Source of the DNA: the human T2T-CHM13v2.0 reference genome, Homo sapiens
Direction: 5' to 3' (one strand)
Assembly (NCBI RefSeq): GCF_009914755.1
Contig: NC_060928.1
Length of the DNA: 64,000 bases
The position numbers were made by a program, and so were the translations under genes. Positions 47,850-63,480 of the stretch are shown in pieces. How positions within the stretch are numbered: position 1 is the first letter of the stretch; each line of letters starts with the position of its first letter. Below the pieces are notes generated by a model. It did not search any database. It had not been told where the DNA came from and saw nothing but the letters and a program-made list of their open reading frames with translations.

Positions 47850-49924
47850 TTATTGAAAGTCACATAGCATGTTGTACAAAGCTGAGGTGGGAATCCAGGT
47901 CCTCCTGCCCTAGTGTAGAAACCTGGTGTGTAACTATAGGTAAGCCACTTAATCTCTGTAGCTCTCAGCTTTCAAATTCTGAAAAAGAGCATGTGAAATG
48001 GAGTGATCCCTTTTTTTTTTCGCTATAAATATAATGTTAAAATTAAGAACCATATAGAGTTAAATAAATGTTTCTCATGTTGACTGCCTTTATTCAACAT
48101 GGCTCTGGACTGAAAAACATTCAATTATATATTTTAATTTATGGTTTCATTGAATGTCAAGTATATATTTTAATTTACATTTCACTGAATGTCAGAGAAG
48201 GGCAGATTCACCATAGGAAAGAATTCAATAAAGAATTACTACCAGATGATTAATAAAACATGAAAATTTAGCCTCAATTTAATCCTAATCCTCTGCAGAG
48301 TTGACTCAGTTTTCTGTGGCCTGTTCAACTTCAAACACTCCCCATATTCAAGTTTGCAATAAATTGCTCAAGAAATGAGATGTATGCTGAAGTTTGTATG
48401 CGGAATTAAGATGCCAAGTTTTTCAAGATTTGATTGAAACAAAATCAGAATTTTGAATACCTAGCCCATAGAGAAAAAATGAAAGTTCCACCAAATCCTA
48501 GCATCGTTCTCCACACTAAATAAAATTGAAGAAAAAACAACTACTTCTCTTATTTTTATTGCTCCTTCCTTCAACTTTTGTTGAAATCAATTTCTTAGTA
48601 GATTCACACATATCAGCTTCAATTTGGGAAGATGGGTCCACTGTTCCCTCAAATTCACTGTTTCTTCATCAGAATACATCACTTAAACTTGATTGATTGA
48701 ATTTTTATTTTATAATTAAAAACACTGATTTTTAGGTTGCAGATTTTATTTAATATCCTACCCAGTAGTAACTCTATGTAGATAACTTTAGCACTGCTTG
48801 CAAGTTTAAGACATTTATTCTTCCTCAGTCAAATCAAAAAGACAAATAACTAGGTATGATTTTTAAATTTTATAAAACATTATATTTAAAAAGCAGTATT
48901 TTAAAGATAAAAATTTTACATGTTAAATTCAAATCAACATAGTAACTTATTTATATCTTGTTTTTATTTGATAATTTAGATACAGTAAAATTAAAATATT
49001 TCTTTGGTATACTAAGTACAAATGACACAGATAAAATGCTAGAATCCACAAAGAAGAGTCATATGCCATCTATGCTCTTTGACAGCCTCTGTCATCAGAC
49101 TGATGTGATTCACCTGCACAATCACGGTGCACTTTACCCTTGCATTGCGCTACATTCACAGAAGCATGTCCCATGAGGGCAAGGCAGCATGGTAACCAGG
49201 AAGGCTCAGCCTGAAATACTATACTTTTCCCTGACTTTTTCACTTTTTAACCCCAATTCTAACCTTCAATCCAGTATGCAAGTTGTAGCAAGTGAACAGT
49301 AGAAGAGAGGGAGTAAAATCTGTCAGTACTTCCCTAGGAATCACCACAAAAGCAGATTCTTTAAGCTATCAAGAGATTCCTGAGCTGTCATGAGTAACTA
49401 GATTGAGCTCGAAGGACAGACAAGCTATAAACAGTGGACTTTTCAGATCCAATGGAAATGATATTGACAAATGCTAAGGTGTTGAGTCCATGGGCCCTAG
49501 TGCACTGTGTAAGGTACTCTGCATGTATTAATCATTAAAATCCTCACAACCACATATTATTGTTAAAATCGTCATGAGGAAACCGAGGCACACAGAGGTT
49601 AGGTAACTTATCTAGCTAGTAATTGTCTGGGCCAAGATTAGCAAACATGTCCTGACTCTAGAGTCCTCTGCTCTTCACTGGGCCAGACCCTGTGCTGGGC
49701 TCACAATCACAAAGTTAGGGCCTGCTTGATGGTAAAGTCCATGGTTTACTCACTCCTAAGCAACCTGATCAAGTGAAATAAATGGCAATAAACCAAAAAG
49801 ATCAATCAATTCCAAGCTAATACCAGTGACCAAAACATTCTTCTAAACTTGAAACCAGCTGTTCAATCTTTGCATTTCTTTCTTTTTAAAAAAAATATCT
49901 GAGATGCCTGGAAGTTTACAACAA

Positions 49925-50219
49925 TTTTTTTTGCCTTGAGACAGGGTCTCCCTCTGTCACCCAGCCTGGAATATAATAGCATGAACACAGCTCACTGCAG
50001 CCTTGACCTCCTGGGCTCAAGCAATCCTCCCACCTCAGCCTCCAAAGTAGCTGGGACCACAGGTGCATGCCACCATGCTTGGCTAATTTTCTATTTTTTT
50101 TTGTAGAGATGGGGTCTCATCATGTTGCCCAGGCTGTCTCGAACTCCTGGGCTCAGGCGATCCTCTCGTGTCAGCCTCCCAAAGTGTTGGGATTACAGAT
50201 GTGAGCCACCACACCTGGC
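49925..50219 (-). mobile_element. AluJ
   Basis: Reverse dimeric Alu. Confidence 0.85.
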
Positions 50220-50388
50220 AACCATGAATTTTTCTAGGTCTTCTCCCCTTTACTTCTGGACTGAGAATTCTATATTCTCATTTTACAAGTGAGTCTGTGA
50301 GCCACCACACCCGGCAACAATGAATTTTTCCAGATCTTCTCCCCTTTACTTCTGGACTGAGAATTCTATATTCTCATTTTACAAGTGA
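50200..50388. repeat. Tandem duplication, 2 x 93 bp (50200-50292, 50296-50388)
   Basis: Hand alignment: 4 mismatches, 3-bp spacer gtc. Confidence 0.92.
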
Positions 50389-51474
50389 AAATGAGGACAG
50401 GCATGGTCAAGGAACTTCACCAGTGTCCACAGTTAGTAAACTGCTTGAACCAGAAGAGGCATTTTGGTTCTCCGTCTTTTTGCTCTTCCTCTCTTGCCTT
50501 TCTATCACTCTTTTGAGACTCAGGGCAGTAGTTTCAGGTCCCAAGTAAGACCCTTTGACTTCTTGCTCCAAGCTTAAACCACAATCACGCTTAATGACCT
50601 ACCCTCTGCATCCCATAGCTACCATTTCAACCGGCAAATGTCATGTTATCATGACAAACAAGAGCCAGCCAGTGCCAAGCTCACAAATGCCCTGTAGGAG
50701 AATTAACCTGATGACTTTAAAAAATCCCAGAGGGAGTTTTCCTATTATGGAGGACTATAGGCTTCATGAAAGGCCATGACTAAAAGGCTTCACCATTAGG
50801 AGGATCTACAGTCACATCTAGGGGGTACTGCCCATGCCTCCCCACCCCCAAACCTTGCTACCTGGGAAGGAACCTGAGAAATGAAGCCTCTGGGTAATCC
50901 TTGGAGAAACTCCAAAGCAAACACTGCCTGCGGCTTGGCACTGGCTTGGCACAGGTTCTCAGCAGCTACACCTCACCGGATAAACAATAATGGGATTTCT
51001 AACAGGGAAGGTGTGATACTGGCTTCTTTCCCAGGGATTAGTCCCTAGTGGGCTGCAGGCTCTAAATATTTCATACATCTTGGCTTCTCCAGGCCTGCTT
51101 CCAACTTTTCCCTTCCTCAATTTATTATAAACACAAACACAAGATTTATTTCCTGTGTTGTTTTTACTACAGCTCTGCCTTTTGATAATCCCTCACTGGC
51201 ATCTGTGTGCCTTCCACATCAAGCTCACAGACCCATTGGCGACAATCCGATTTAATTTTAAAATACTTATTAAGCACCCATTGGCACTGAGCTCAGTTCT
51301 GTGAAGGATCCAAGAAAATAGAATGATTTAAAGTTTTATTCAAGAATAAAGGCCATGGGCATCTAAAGGAATTAAAATTGATATAAAATTCTAAAATAAA
51401 CTGAATATAACTCAAAACTAACATGTATGGTATTGACACAAGTAATTTTTGATACATTTTTAAATACCTACTAA

Positions 51475-51793
<319 letters not shown>

Positions 51794-51967
51794 ATAACTT
51801 TTCTTATTGCTTTGTTTCCTAGGGCAGTTATCTAACAGATCCTTTCAGGGGTGTGTAACATCATCAAAACGTCAAACTTTCAACCAATAAACATACAAGC
51901 TTAGAAGGTATTTCTGAAATAATTTTAGGAGAATATACAAACGAAGGTTGGAATCTACCTAGCTCAC

Positions 51968-52097
51968 CTTTGGGGAGGGTGACCAGTGGCATGAGCTCCA
52001 TTCTGACCAAACTGATGGGGTCCAGGAGGTGGGGGACCCGGAGGCAACATTCCCCTAGTGGCGGTGGCCCCCAAAGGCCCTGCTGGCTTCATCATAC
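51968..52097 (-). CDS. SEC24D: SEC24D exon 3 ([16 protein letters not shown]...GHPPQR)
   Basis: tgcag|GT acceptor, AG|GTGAGC donor; 130 nt; peptide within ORF 51964..52161. Confidence 0.96.
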
Positions 52098-52849
52098 CTG
52101 CAAGAGAGGGGCATGAATTTAGAAGTGTATTAAAGTACAAAGAGAGATGAGGCAAAGTCATTAGGTTAAAAATGAGAACTAGGTGGAGGAGGAGGGAAAC
52201 AAATGGATTAGAACAAAATCTCTTTCAAGCTTAACCATCACCTACAGACCTGTCAATACCAGGCTCTGGCATGAGTATTTGACTATCATAATGATGAAAG
52301 AGCAGAAAAGAAGGGAATCATTTTATCACTAAACAGAAACTAAAACAGAAAAAAATAAATTTGCATATGACAGAGGCACCTTGATAAAGTATATTACCAC
52401 GCAAAGAATACTAAAACACGCAATGAAAAATGGCAGTTAGATATCAGAAAATAAACCTGGAAAAAGCAGGAAGGGTCATGGTAAAGCATTCTAACTGTAA
52501 CTAAACGGGGCATGGGGGAGAACACTAGAAATGCCTTTGACTTACAGCACAACAAAAGCAGATGGGGAGTAGGGTCTATCTTTCTAAAAATCCTGAGCAC
52601 TTCCTTCAGAGCTTAAAAATCTTTCCAGAATCCTAACTGGCTGGATGATGAACAGCTGGGGGACTGCTCACTCACAGAGTCAGATTCACCATGCTTGCTC
52701 AGACAAAATATGGGACCACATGCAGTTAACGGATGCTTCTGGGAATGTCTGTGTTTTCATTTATTAGCAGCTCTTCTCAAATAGAGACCTTTAAAGACTT
52801 CTCTTTGGAACTGTCTTCAGACATTTCTCTCTTTTCTTCTTGAGAAATT

Positions 52850-53015
52850 GCAGTAAAGGAGAGAAATCACTGGGCTTGGGTTAGAGTAGTTCAAGGCCCC
52901 ACTGGTTACTTATTAGTTGTATGAACCTGGGCAAGAAGCTTATCTTTAAGGACCTCAGTTTTCTTCCTGTAAAATGAAAGGCTTAGACTAGATTACCTGA
53001 GACCTCTTCTAGCTT
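52850..53015 (+). mobile_element. MIR
   Basis: acctgggcaag...cctcagttttcttcctgtaaaatg core. Confidence 0.65.
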
Positions 53016-55385
53016 CTAGAAAGAAAAAAAGAGAAAAGAAAAAAAGAGAAAAACTTCAGTTCTTCTATCTGCTGTCTCCACTTGCTTGTTTTCCCTCATT
53101 TGATTTACTTTTGACCATACCCTGCTCTCTGGCAAGGTCATCAATGACCACCTAGCTGCCTGCTGTGCACTCCTCCTTTTGACTTCGTCATAGTATTTCA
53201 TATTAACATTTCCTTTATTCTGTTATATTCCTCCAGAAAGTTTATTCTCTCAGATAGAAAGGAATTGACTGATGATGTGTAGTCACCCAGGAAGAGTTTC
53301 TTATATTGTCATCATAATTGCTTTCGAGAGAATGCTTTCAGATGTTTGCATAATCTAAAATGACAGGTATCTAGTGAAGTGCCGGTCTTCATGAATAATA
53401 TTGAAACTTTTACAAGGTTTCCTCTCTTAAAATAGGATTCCTTAAACTGAGGACATTTTTATATTAATTCTACATAGTTTTACTTAGCAAATTCATATAC
53501 CACTATTTTCAATAAATATTATCCTTATAGCACTACACTTTAATACAAAGTTCTAAACCCCAAACCCAGCAAAGTTAGAAAAACATGAGACTTGCAGTCA
53601 CAGACAAGTTTGAATTTGTGACTCCGATAAGATACTCTATTTTTCAGAGCTTCAACTTGTAATCCCATGTCATGGCAATAATATTCCCTAGCTCCAAGGA
53701 TTGTTCTGAGAATTAAATGAACCAATGGATATGACGGTTTTTAAAACAGCTGTTTCATCTTCCCTGGCCATAGCCCCTGCTCTCCTTTCTTAAGCATTTT
53801 TATTCTAACAAAGCATATGCAACATAATTACAAGCACATTTATATTTTCATTTTAAAAACATTATTTTGGACAAAAGTAGGCAATTCACAACAGTAGCAT
53901 TAAAATATTTTCAACTTAAATAATTACATGCACTACGAGAAGTCGAAAATATTCTTTTTTTTTTGGTCTTTTTTTTTCTTTTTTTAAATTTGCCTCACAG
54001 CTCTCCAAAAATATTCCCCCTTTAAAAAAATAAGTAGGATAGCAGCAATTTTCATGAAAACCCCTATAGACATGTCTAGAGAATTAAAAAAAAAAGCTCT
54101 GATATATGCAAGCAGAACTTTATACATCAATATTACTGTGCTCTCCCTTTTGTTTGGGAATCAACTCTATGGCAGTGATTCAAATCATTCTGTGGCATTC
54201 TCAAATCATTCTCATTATTATTCAACATACATTTAAGGTGCCTTTGAGCCATTTGAGAGAAGAGACAACCATGTAAACAAATCATTACAATGTCTTGGGA
54301 TGACTGTTACAATATGCAGAGAGACTACCTAACTCTTCCTGGGGGAATTGAGAAGAGTTCAAAGAAGGAGGACTGCTTGAGCTGAATCTTGAAGGACAAG
54401 CAGGAGTTTTCTTCATATAGAAGACAGGATAAGGGATTCCAGTTAGAAAGCAAAGCTTGAGCAAAGACATGAGAGAGGATGGCACGATCAGGACAGGGGA
54501 AAGGCTTGGTGTGGAGAGGCTGGGAGGGAAAGTAGCCAGAGTGGAAGCTGTCCAGGTTGGCTGGGGTCAGACTGCAAAGTCCTATGTGTCACTTGCACTT
54601 CACCCCCAGGGCAAAGGGAAGTCAGTATCACTGATATCTGCAAAGTCATAGTCTTCCCCCAGCCATGTTATTGGCATTTTCAAAAGTACTCAAACACAAA
54701 CAGAATCAGGTCCTTTATAGAGCAATATGAGAATTTTAATAGGAAAGGAACACCGTGCAATGAGAATGAACTGTTCTTAAGACACCCCCCACCAAAAAAA
54801 ATCTAAGATCACAAGTTGGTCTCTCACACAGCGGCAGATACCATGGACCAGTAAACACAACAATTCCAATCCCTTTCTGACTTTTCTATTAATATTAATA
54901 TAAGGTCTTGAGGTGGAAAAGTGAAAATTCCTAGACTGCCTTACAATTTGTTTTGCCATATGCTCTAAATTCAGCAAAGCAGCACACCTCTGGGAGACTC
55001 TGGCCAGCCTGGTGGCAGAGATGATTCTCCTGGGAGAGAATGGTGGTGACTTCTGGTGGAATGGTCCTGCATGGGAATGTTCATTTTCATGGACCACATA
55101 CTCCCAAGTCTGGTTCTCTGCCTTTTTCTGATGTTTTGTTTGCTTCCTGATACCCTTTAACAAATCCCTTTCCACTAAAGGGGACTGTTATCAGCAAAGT
55201 AACACTGACCAAACCACATCACAGAATAGCATGCCTTGAATTTGGTCCTGGACCTGACAAACTAAAACCAAAATTAAAAGCCATTTGTTGGGGGGGGAAA
55301 ATGTTTATCTAAAATAAACAAAGATAAGCTCCCTATTATATGGGTAGAATTGTAATGACCATGGTCCCTAAAGCACCATGCTTGA

Positions 55386-55756
<371 letters not shown>

Positions 55757-55791
55757 TTACATTAATACTTCTTAACTCTCAGTCTCCAGAC

Positions 55792-56030
55792 CAGTGTCCT
55801 CAAGCAAGGGCGATTTTGCCCCTAAAATAGGACATCTGGCAATGTTTGGGACATTTTTGGTTGCCACAACTCCCAGAAGGTTGGGGGAGGTACTACTGGC
55901 ATCCAGTGGATAGAGACCAAAGATGCTACTAAATATCCCACAATGCACAGGATGGCACTCTGTTACCCTCCCCCAACGAAGAATTAATTGGCCCCAAATG
56001 TCAATAGTGCTGAAGCTGAAAAACCCTGCT
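55792..56030. mobile_element. MER20 hAT DNA transposon
   Basis: gggcgattttgcccc...tggcaatgt...ccccaaatgtcaatagtgctga...aaccctg. Confidence 0.85.
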
Positions 56031-56578
56031 GCAGAGAGCAGTATGCCCAGCTGTAATTCCTTCTCCACACTTAGTAATGTTCTATGTAGCTTTCTAAACT
56101 GTACATACATTGGATTGTGACCCTTCCCAGACTAAATCACTTCAGTGGTACTCTACTGCCCTTACAATAAAGTCTAAATTCCTTAAAATGATCCCACATT
56201 CCCCCGCCAATGGCATCTCTCACCGTTCCCATGCTATTCCCCAGCTATGCCAAATGTCTTGCAGGTCCTGAAAAGTACCGCCTTCCAATCCCAGCAAACT
56301 GCTTCCCGACCTGGCCAATTCTCACTCATGTTTCAGGGCATTCCCTCCGGGAAGGAGCCCTTCCACCCTAAGTCTTGTTTAGGTGCCCCTGCCACGTGCT
56401 TCCATACCACCCTCTACTTCCTTTACAATAGTACTTCCCCACAAAATTGTCATTGTTAATTTCTTTAGTGCATTTCTCACTAGCTAAGTAAATACTATGA
56501 GGACTGAGATTAGGCTTATTTTATTAAGTGTCATATTACCACAGTTATTTTGTTCATCAAATAAATTGTTAAATTTGT

Positions 56579-56870
56579 GGCTGGGTGCAGTGGCTCATGT
56601 TTGTAATTTCAGCACTTTGGGAGGCCAAGGCAGGAGGATGGCTTGAGGCCAGGAGATCGAGACAGAACTGGGCAACATAGTGAGACCCCATCTCTACAAA
56701 AAATTTTAAAATTAGCTGGGCATGGTGGGCACACCTATAATCCTGGCCACTTGGGAAGCTGGGGCAGGAGGATCATTTGAGCCCAGGAGTTCAAGGCTGC
56801 AGTGAGCTATAATTTCGTCACTGCAATCCAGCCTGAGTAACAGAGCAAGACCTTGTCTCTTTAAAAAAAA
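56579..56870 (+). mobile_element. AluJ
   Basis: Dimeric Alu. Confidence 0.85.
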
Positions 56871-56878
56871 GTGTTAGG

Positions 56879-57175
<297 letters not shown>

Positions 57176-57628
57176 TTAGTATACAGCACTAGCTTTACAA
57201 AAACACAATGAATAAGCATAAATGGAGATACGATAATGTGAGCAACACAAAGCAAGAGTTAGCACTGGCCAGATCTACAGTGGAATAGATACTTCAAAGA
57301 ACCACAATAAGTTTGCTTGTGTCTGTCAGGAGACCAATAAAAGCGTCACTAAAAGGCTAGACAAGAAGACACAGGAAGACTGAAGATTAAGGTATCTAAG
57401 GTTATTCAGCAGAATATAATCAGAGATATAAGAGCTGGAGTAATTTAGTGAAAATCTTAAATAATTAAACCAAAACACCACAATATGCATAGAAAGATAT
57501 ATTTGCAGAGAGTATAATAGCCTGGTTATTCACCTGATATTTAATAGCCATTAAGTAAGGAGAAAGCAGTTTAAACTAAAGCATGAAGGATTTAATCCAA
57601 CAAAGACAGCTTTTAAAAACACTGGTAA

Positions 57629-57818
57629 GGCCAGGTGCCGAGGCTAACGCCTATAATCTCAGCACTTTGCGAGGCCAAGGCGAGAGGATCACTTGAGCTG
57701 AGGAGTTCAAGACCAGCCTGGGAAACATAGGGAGATCCCATCTCTACCAGCTACTTGGAAGCTAGGCAACAGAGCAAAACCCTGTCTCAAATAAATTAAT
57801 TAATTTAATTTAATTAAA
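57629..57818 (+). mobile_element. Internally deleted AluJ
   Basis: Left arm joined to short pieces of the right arm. Confidence 0.75.
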
Positions 57819-58371
57819 TATTGGTAAATACCAGAGTGTTTTGCTAATGAGTGCTACAGTTTGTCATCCACTTCATTGAATAAACATTTATAATTAGCTC
57901 AATTTAACCATTCCACAGTGTATACATATTTCAAAACAATATGTTGTACATTATATATATATGTATATATAATTTTTTATTTGCCAATTAAAATTTTTTT
58001 TTTTAAAAACAGCCATGAGTGCCTTCTCTGCTCCAGGAACATCTACTATAGGAACATCTATTATAACACAGTATGGCAAATAGTATAGAGGCCTGAAAAA
58101 GTATTAGAATACAAAAGAATTCAAATTAGATTTGCATGGTATAAAAAAATCCCTCTGGCTCAGGAGTTGATGGTTTGGAAAAAGACAGTATTGGAGAGAG
58201 GGATAATAGTTACAAGATCATTTTAGTAATCCATGTGAGAGATGGATGGATTGAACAAAAAGAGTGACAGGAGAATGGAAAGGAGAAAGCAGGTAGGAAA
58301 GCTGTTTACAATCACTCCAAAAAGATTTGGGAGACCGATTACATTGGAGGAGATAAAAAGGTGGGAGAGGT

Positions 58372-58676
<305 letters not shown>

Positions 58677-58859
58677 AAGTTTTGTTTTTTTGTTTTTTTA
58701 ATAAAGTTTCTGGTATGGATCACGAAATAAATGATGCTAATGAGTGAGATTTGAAATGCCAGAAAACATAGGCTTCCATGATGAATATGGAATTGTTTTG
58801 GGCATGGTGACTGTGACGTGCCTCAACAAAGGTGGGCAACTGGAAATATGGGTCTAGAG

Positions 58860-59069
58860 CAAGCTTTTCCAACCCACGGCCCACACGCAGCCCAGGACAG
58901 CTTTGAATATGGCCCAACACAAATTTGAAAACTTTTTTAATCCATTATGAGATTTTTTTGATTTTTTTTTTTTTTAGCTCATCAGCTATTGTTAGTGTAT
59001 TTTATGTGTGGCCCATGACAATTCTTCTCCCAGTGTGGCCCAGGAAAGCCAAAAGACTGGATACCCCTG
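58860..59069. mobile_element. MER30-like hAT-Charlie MITE
   Basis: Perfect 8-bp TSD gtctagag 58852-58859 / 59070-59077 (NTCTAGAN target); degenerate CA...TG terminal inverted repeats. Confidence 0.88.
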
Positions 59070-59271
59070 GTCTAGAGCTTAGGGGAGGCATCTGGGCTGG
59101 AGAAATAGATCTAAGAGACAAGCACTTTCTGTGAATGATCCAGCTTAGGGAAAAATCTACAGAGTGGGATAACAGTAGTGAAGATGGAACATGGAGGGAG
59201 AAACAGCAACACTTAAGAGTCATGTAGAAGAATTCCTTCAAAAGAAATGTCCAGAAAGCAACCCAAAAAAA

Positions 59272-59776
<505 letters not shown>

Positions 59777-59929
59777 CTATGCTGAGCCATGGAGGGAAGG
59801 AGAGGTAAAGGTGGAGATTACCAAGCATAGTGAGTACTTTCTCAAGAAGATGCCTGTGAAGAGGGAAGGGTGAATAATATAGAGTGTTATACTTAGGTGT
59901 GTATGCAATTTGTTTTTTGCCTTCTTGAG

Positions 59930-60110
59930 AGATCTGGGTATGAATCCTGGTGCTACTACTTGCTGTCTGTGACCTTAGACAAGTCACATGACACCAGACA
60001 TTCAGTTTTCCTAGCTGCAAAAATAACTTACTGCATAGCATTGTATGAGGATTAAATAAGACAATACAGGAAAAGCTTTTAGGGCCAGATTTCGACACAT
60101 CATAAAAAGG
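59930..60110 (+). mobile_element. MIR
   Basis: gtatgaatcctgg...tgtgacctta...gaggattaaataag. Confidence 0.65.
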
Positions 60111-60870
60111 AATAATTTATAATTATCATTATAAATAAATGCTGAGGAGAAATGAACCACCAGTTAGAAACTGAAGGGGTTAATGGTTTCTACAGGATCC
60201 AGTAAGGCAAGATTACAAACATTCTGGAGAGGATGGTCCTGAACAAGAAGAGGGATGCTTCATCTGGACATCTTTAAAATCTCGGGAAGAATAAATCATA
60301 AGACTGACTTTCCACAGGAAATTCACAATCTCAGAGCATCTTCTGCAGCACACTGTGTGTGGCTGCTAACATCAAGCCTCACTAAAGGGAGTCCTCACCC
60401 CTTGCTGATTCTGCACTATATACATTCTACCTAGCACAGCCTGGATCCCAGATATCTAAGCTAGTTCCAGTGAGCCCTGAGAGTTACTCATTGATTTATA
60501 CATGGTCCATTTGTACAAAGAATTGTACAAAGAATTATCCTCACATGATGTACAGATTTATCTAGGGCCAATCCTAGATAAGGATATGTGAATTTAATTC
60601 ATTTATAAATTTAATTCTTTTTTTATTCAATGTTTACAATAGCCTTACACCACTAATTAACAGCAAGAACAAGACTCACAGTAAAAATAAAACAGGAAGT
60701 GTTTGTTTTAGTCTATATTTAAAAACCAAACTTGTATTGCATGCAATAACCAAACTAGTGATGTAGAGTTCTGCTATGAGAGCCTTTTCCAAATGATCCT
60801 GTAATCTCAAGCCATTTCATTATATAATGATCATTCAATGCTTTCAAATCTCCTCTTTCAGAACATCTTA

Positions 60871-61110
<240 letters not shown>

Positions 61111-62650
61111 TTACCAAGACAGTTTTAGTTACGTAAAGCTATTAAAAATATAAACACTGTTATTACATGTTTATGATGGTTTGAGGAAAAGTACAGATAT
61201 CAGGTACATGAGAAATCTTTGTATTATACAATATATCATTATCCCCTAAAAAGGGCCTAACCATAGCTCTCTGAAACTCAGTAAATCACTTCAATAATCC
61301 TGGGCAAATTCTCAAGCATGAGACCTGAATAATAACTCGCAACCACTTTTTTAATGGAAGCCTGAAGCATCTCACAGATAGTCTCTCATAGTGTTCCTAT
61401 GATTTTGTGCTTTTGGTTTCCATGGTCACATTTCAGCACAGAGCACACCATGCCATTCAATTGACTGACCACCATAACTGCCAGTAGCCTGCAACCAGAT
61501 GTTTTATGACTTACGTCTTTTTAGTGCTCATCTAATTAATTATTTTAATCTAGTCATTAGGACAAAGAGAAATCATAGTCCAACAAACATAGCAACAGAC
61601 AACGTTGATAATGGGCTTATTTTATGAGTCATAATTTGACCGAGCCAGGTGGTCACTATAACCACTTGAGTGTTGTCAGTGGTTTTTCAAAGGCGACAGA
61701 ATTTCTTTCTAATTTAAATCATATCACATCTCTAAGAACATATGCACCTATATTTAGGGGACTAAGGAAAAAAAGTGTAATTTTGTAAGTGTGTAGGCAC
61801 ACACATCACAAATATAACAGACTCATCTTGATTTTTTTTAAATCTTGATTCTAATCAGAACCCAAATTTGCTTTAAATTTTCTATTTTTTCCAGGTTTTA
61901 ACAAAATAAGAGATATTTCATAGGACTGATGATTTAAAAAAAAAAATTAAATACGACAGAAAATGCTTTGAATGCAAGAGAAGTGGGTTTCCATTCTATG
62001 TCTGCCATACTTAACTGTGTGACATGGAATGAGCTGAAGAACCTCTCTAAGCCTCAGTTCCTTCTTTTAGAAAATGAAGCCTTTCCAGATTTCCACTGAT
62101 TCTACAATTTATCTCCAGTTTATTTGCCCCATACAAGCATATTCTTCCTTTTGTTCTTTTATTTGCTACAATTTAAGATAAGAGATCAGTGATACCTGCT
62201 AAGACTTAGAATCTGTCTATATTCAAGAAATAACATTTCAAATTAAAAATTTGAAGCCTAAAATTTGTGATTTGATTTTGTTTCCATATTAAACTATAAG
62301 TTTCCAAAATAAAAGCAACCATGTAAAAATATTATGAGATCATTTCCTTCTCCTGGGAAGGGGAGAACTGAAAAAGAGGAGAGAGGCAGGCAAAGGCCTT
62401 CTGGTCCACTTTGTTTCTGACAACCCCTTTTTCCTCCTCCCACTTAGCAGAGAGAGACGTGGCAGCCTGAGCGCTGGTCAAGCTCATCCAACCAAGAGCA
62501 CTTAGGAAGTCGGCACGAACACACCTAAGTAGCAGCCTGTTGCTGAGTGACAGAAAAGAGAGGCTGAGATGGTCACTCCAAAGAACAGGAAGCAGCCAGT
62601 TCCCTCTGAACTGGTCCTCAGAGGAATCAGCTTCCTCACGCAACCCAGTT

Positions 62651-62660
62651 TGCCACGTCA
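62651..62660 (-). promoter_or_regulatory. UPRE/CREB3-XBP1-type site TGACGTGGCA in intron 1
   Basis: Plus strand tgccacgtca; exact consensus match. Function inferred. Confidence 0.6.
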
Positions 62661-63288
62661 AACTTCCTCACACAGAGCACCAAGTTAAAGAAACCTGACT
62701 CAGCTTCAAGCGGCGACACGGCAGAAAGCCACTTGGTATAAGCAGGCCTAGGATCAAAATCTGGGGAGCCCCAACCCCAGAACGGCCCCCTGGCTCACTG
62801 TCACCCAGCAACTCTAGCCAAGGTGCACTTCTAACCCTGGAACAAGTTCGTATTTGGCCAGATCAGTTTCACTATTCGGATGTCCCGAGGCTTCAAGATA
62901 TAGTTGCCATTTTTACCATGAATATTTCTAACATTTCCTTCCTTCAAAAAAGGAAATTAAGTTGATAAGGAGATGAGAAAACCGCTGGCAATGACACTCG
63001 AATGGTGGCCACTGAGGATCCTAACAAGGCAGTTCCTGCATCCCAAGGCAAAAGGTGGGGGCGGGTAAAAAATGCCCACGCCCACCTCCTGCTCCCCCAT
63101 CCCGCCGGCCCCACTATTAAACTGCACTAGAAGGCTAAAGAACAAAGAATGAGTTCTCCTCCCGCCGCCACTGCCTCAGGTGAGCACCCGGCCTCCCGCC
63201 GCGTCCCCGGGCCGGGCGCCGCAACCCGCTCCGCTGTGCCTGGGCAGGGCTGTCCCGCATGAAGGCGTCCGCGGGTGGGAGGCTTTAC

Positions 63289-63480
63289 CTGTTCCCGCTC
63301 CCGCACCCCGCGGGCTTCCGAGCGCTGGCGGCTCTGCGCCTAGTGCCGGCAGCCCTCGGTGGCCGGGCTCCCGCTGCGGTCGCTTCTCCCGCCGCGCCTC
63401 TTCCCCGGCCGGCGTCCCCTTAGCCTGGACTCACGCTCGGAGTTGCAGCTGGGCTGGGAACTGCCACGTCAAACCCTTTC
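63289..63480 (-). other. SEC24D: SEC24D exon 1 (5' UTR, non-coding); 5' boundary/TSS approximate
   Basis: Minus-strand donor CAG|GTAAAG (GT at 63288-63287) inside the CpG island; no ATG on minus in this interval. Confidence 0.75.
63462..63471 (-). promoter_or_regulatory. UPRE/CREB3-XBP1-type site TGACGTGGCA near the TSS
   Basis: Plus strand tgccacgtca within the CpG island. Confidence 0.7.

Noticed and set aside
48121-48191. Degenerate ~35-bp AT-rich tandem duplication
   Set aside because: Ordinary slippage product with no functional hint.
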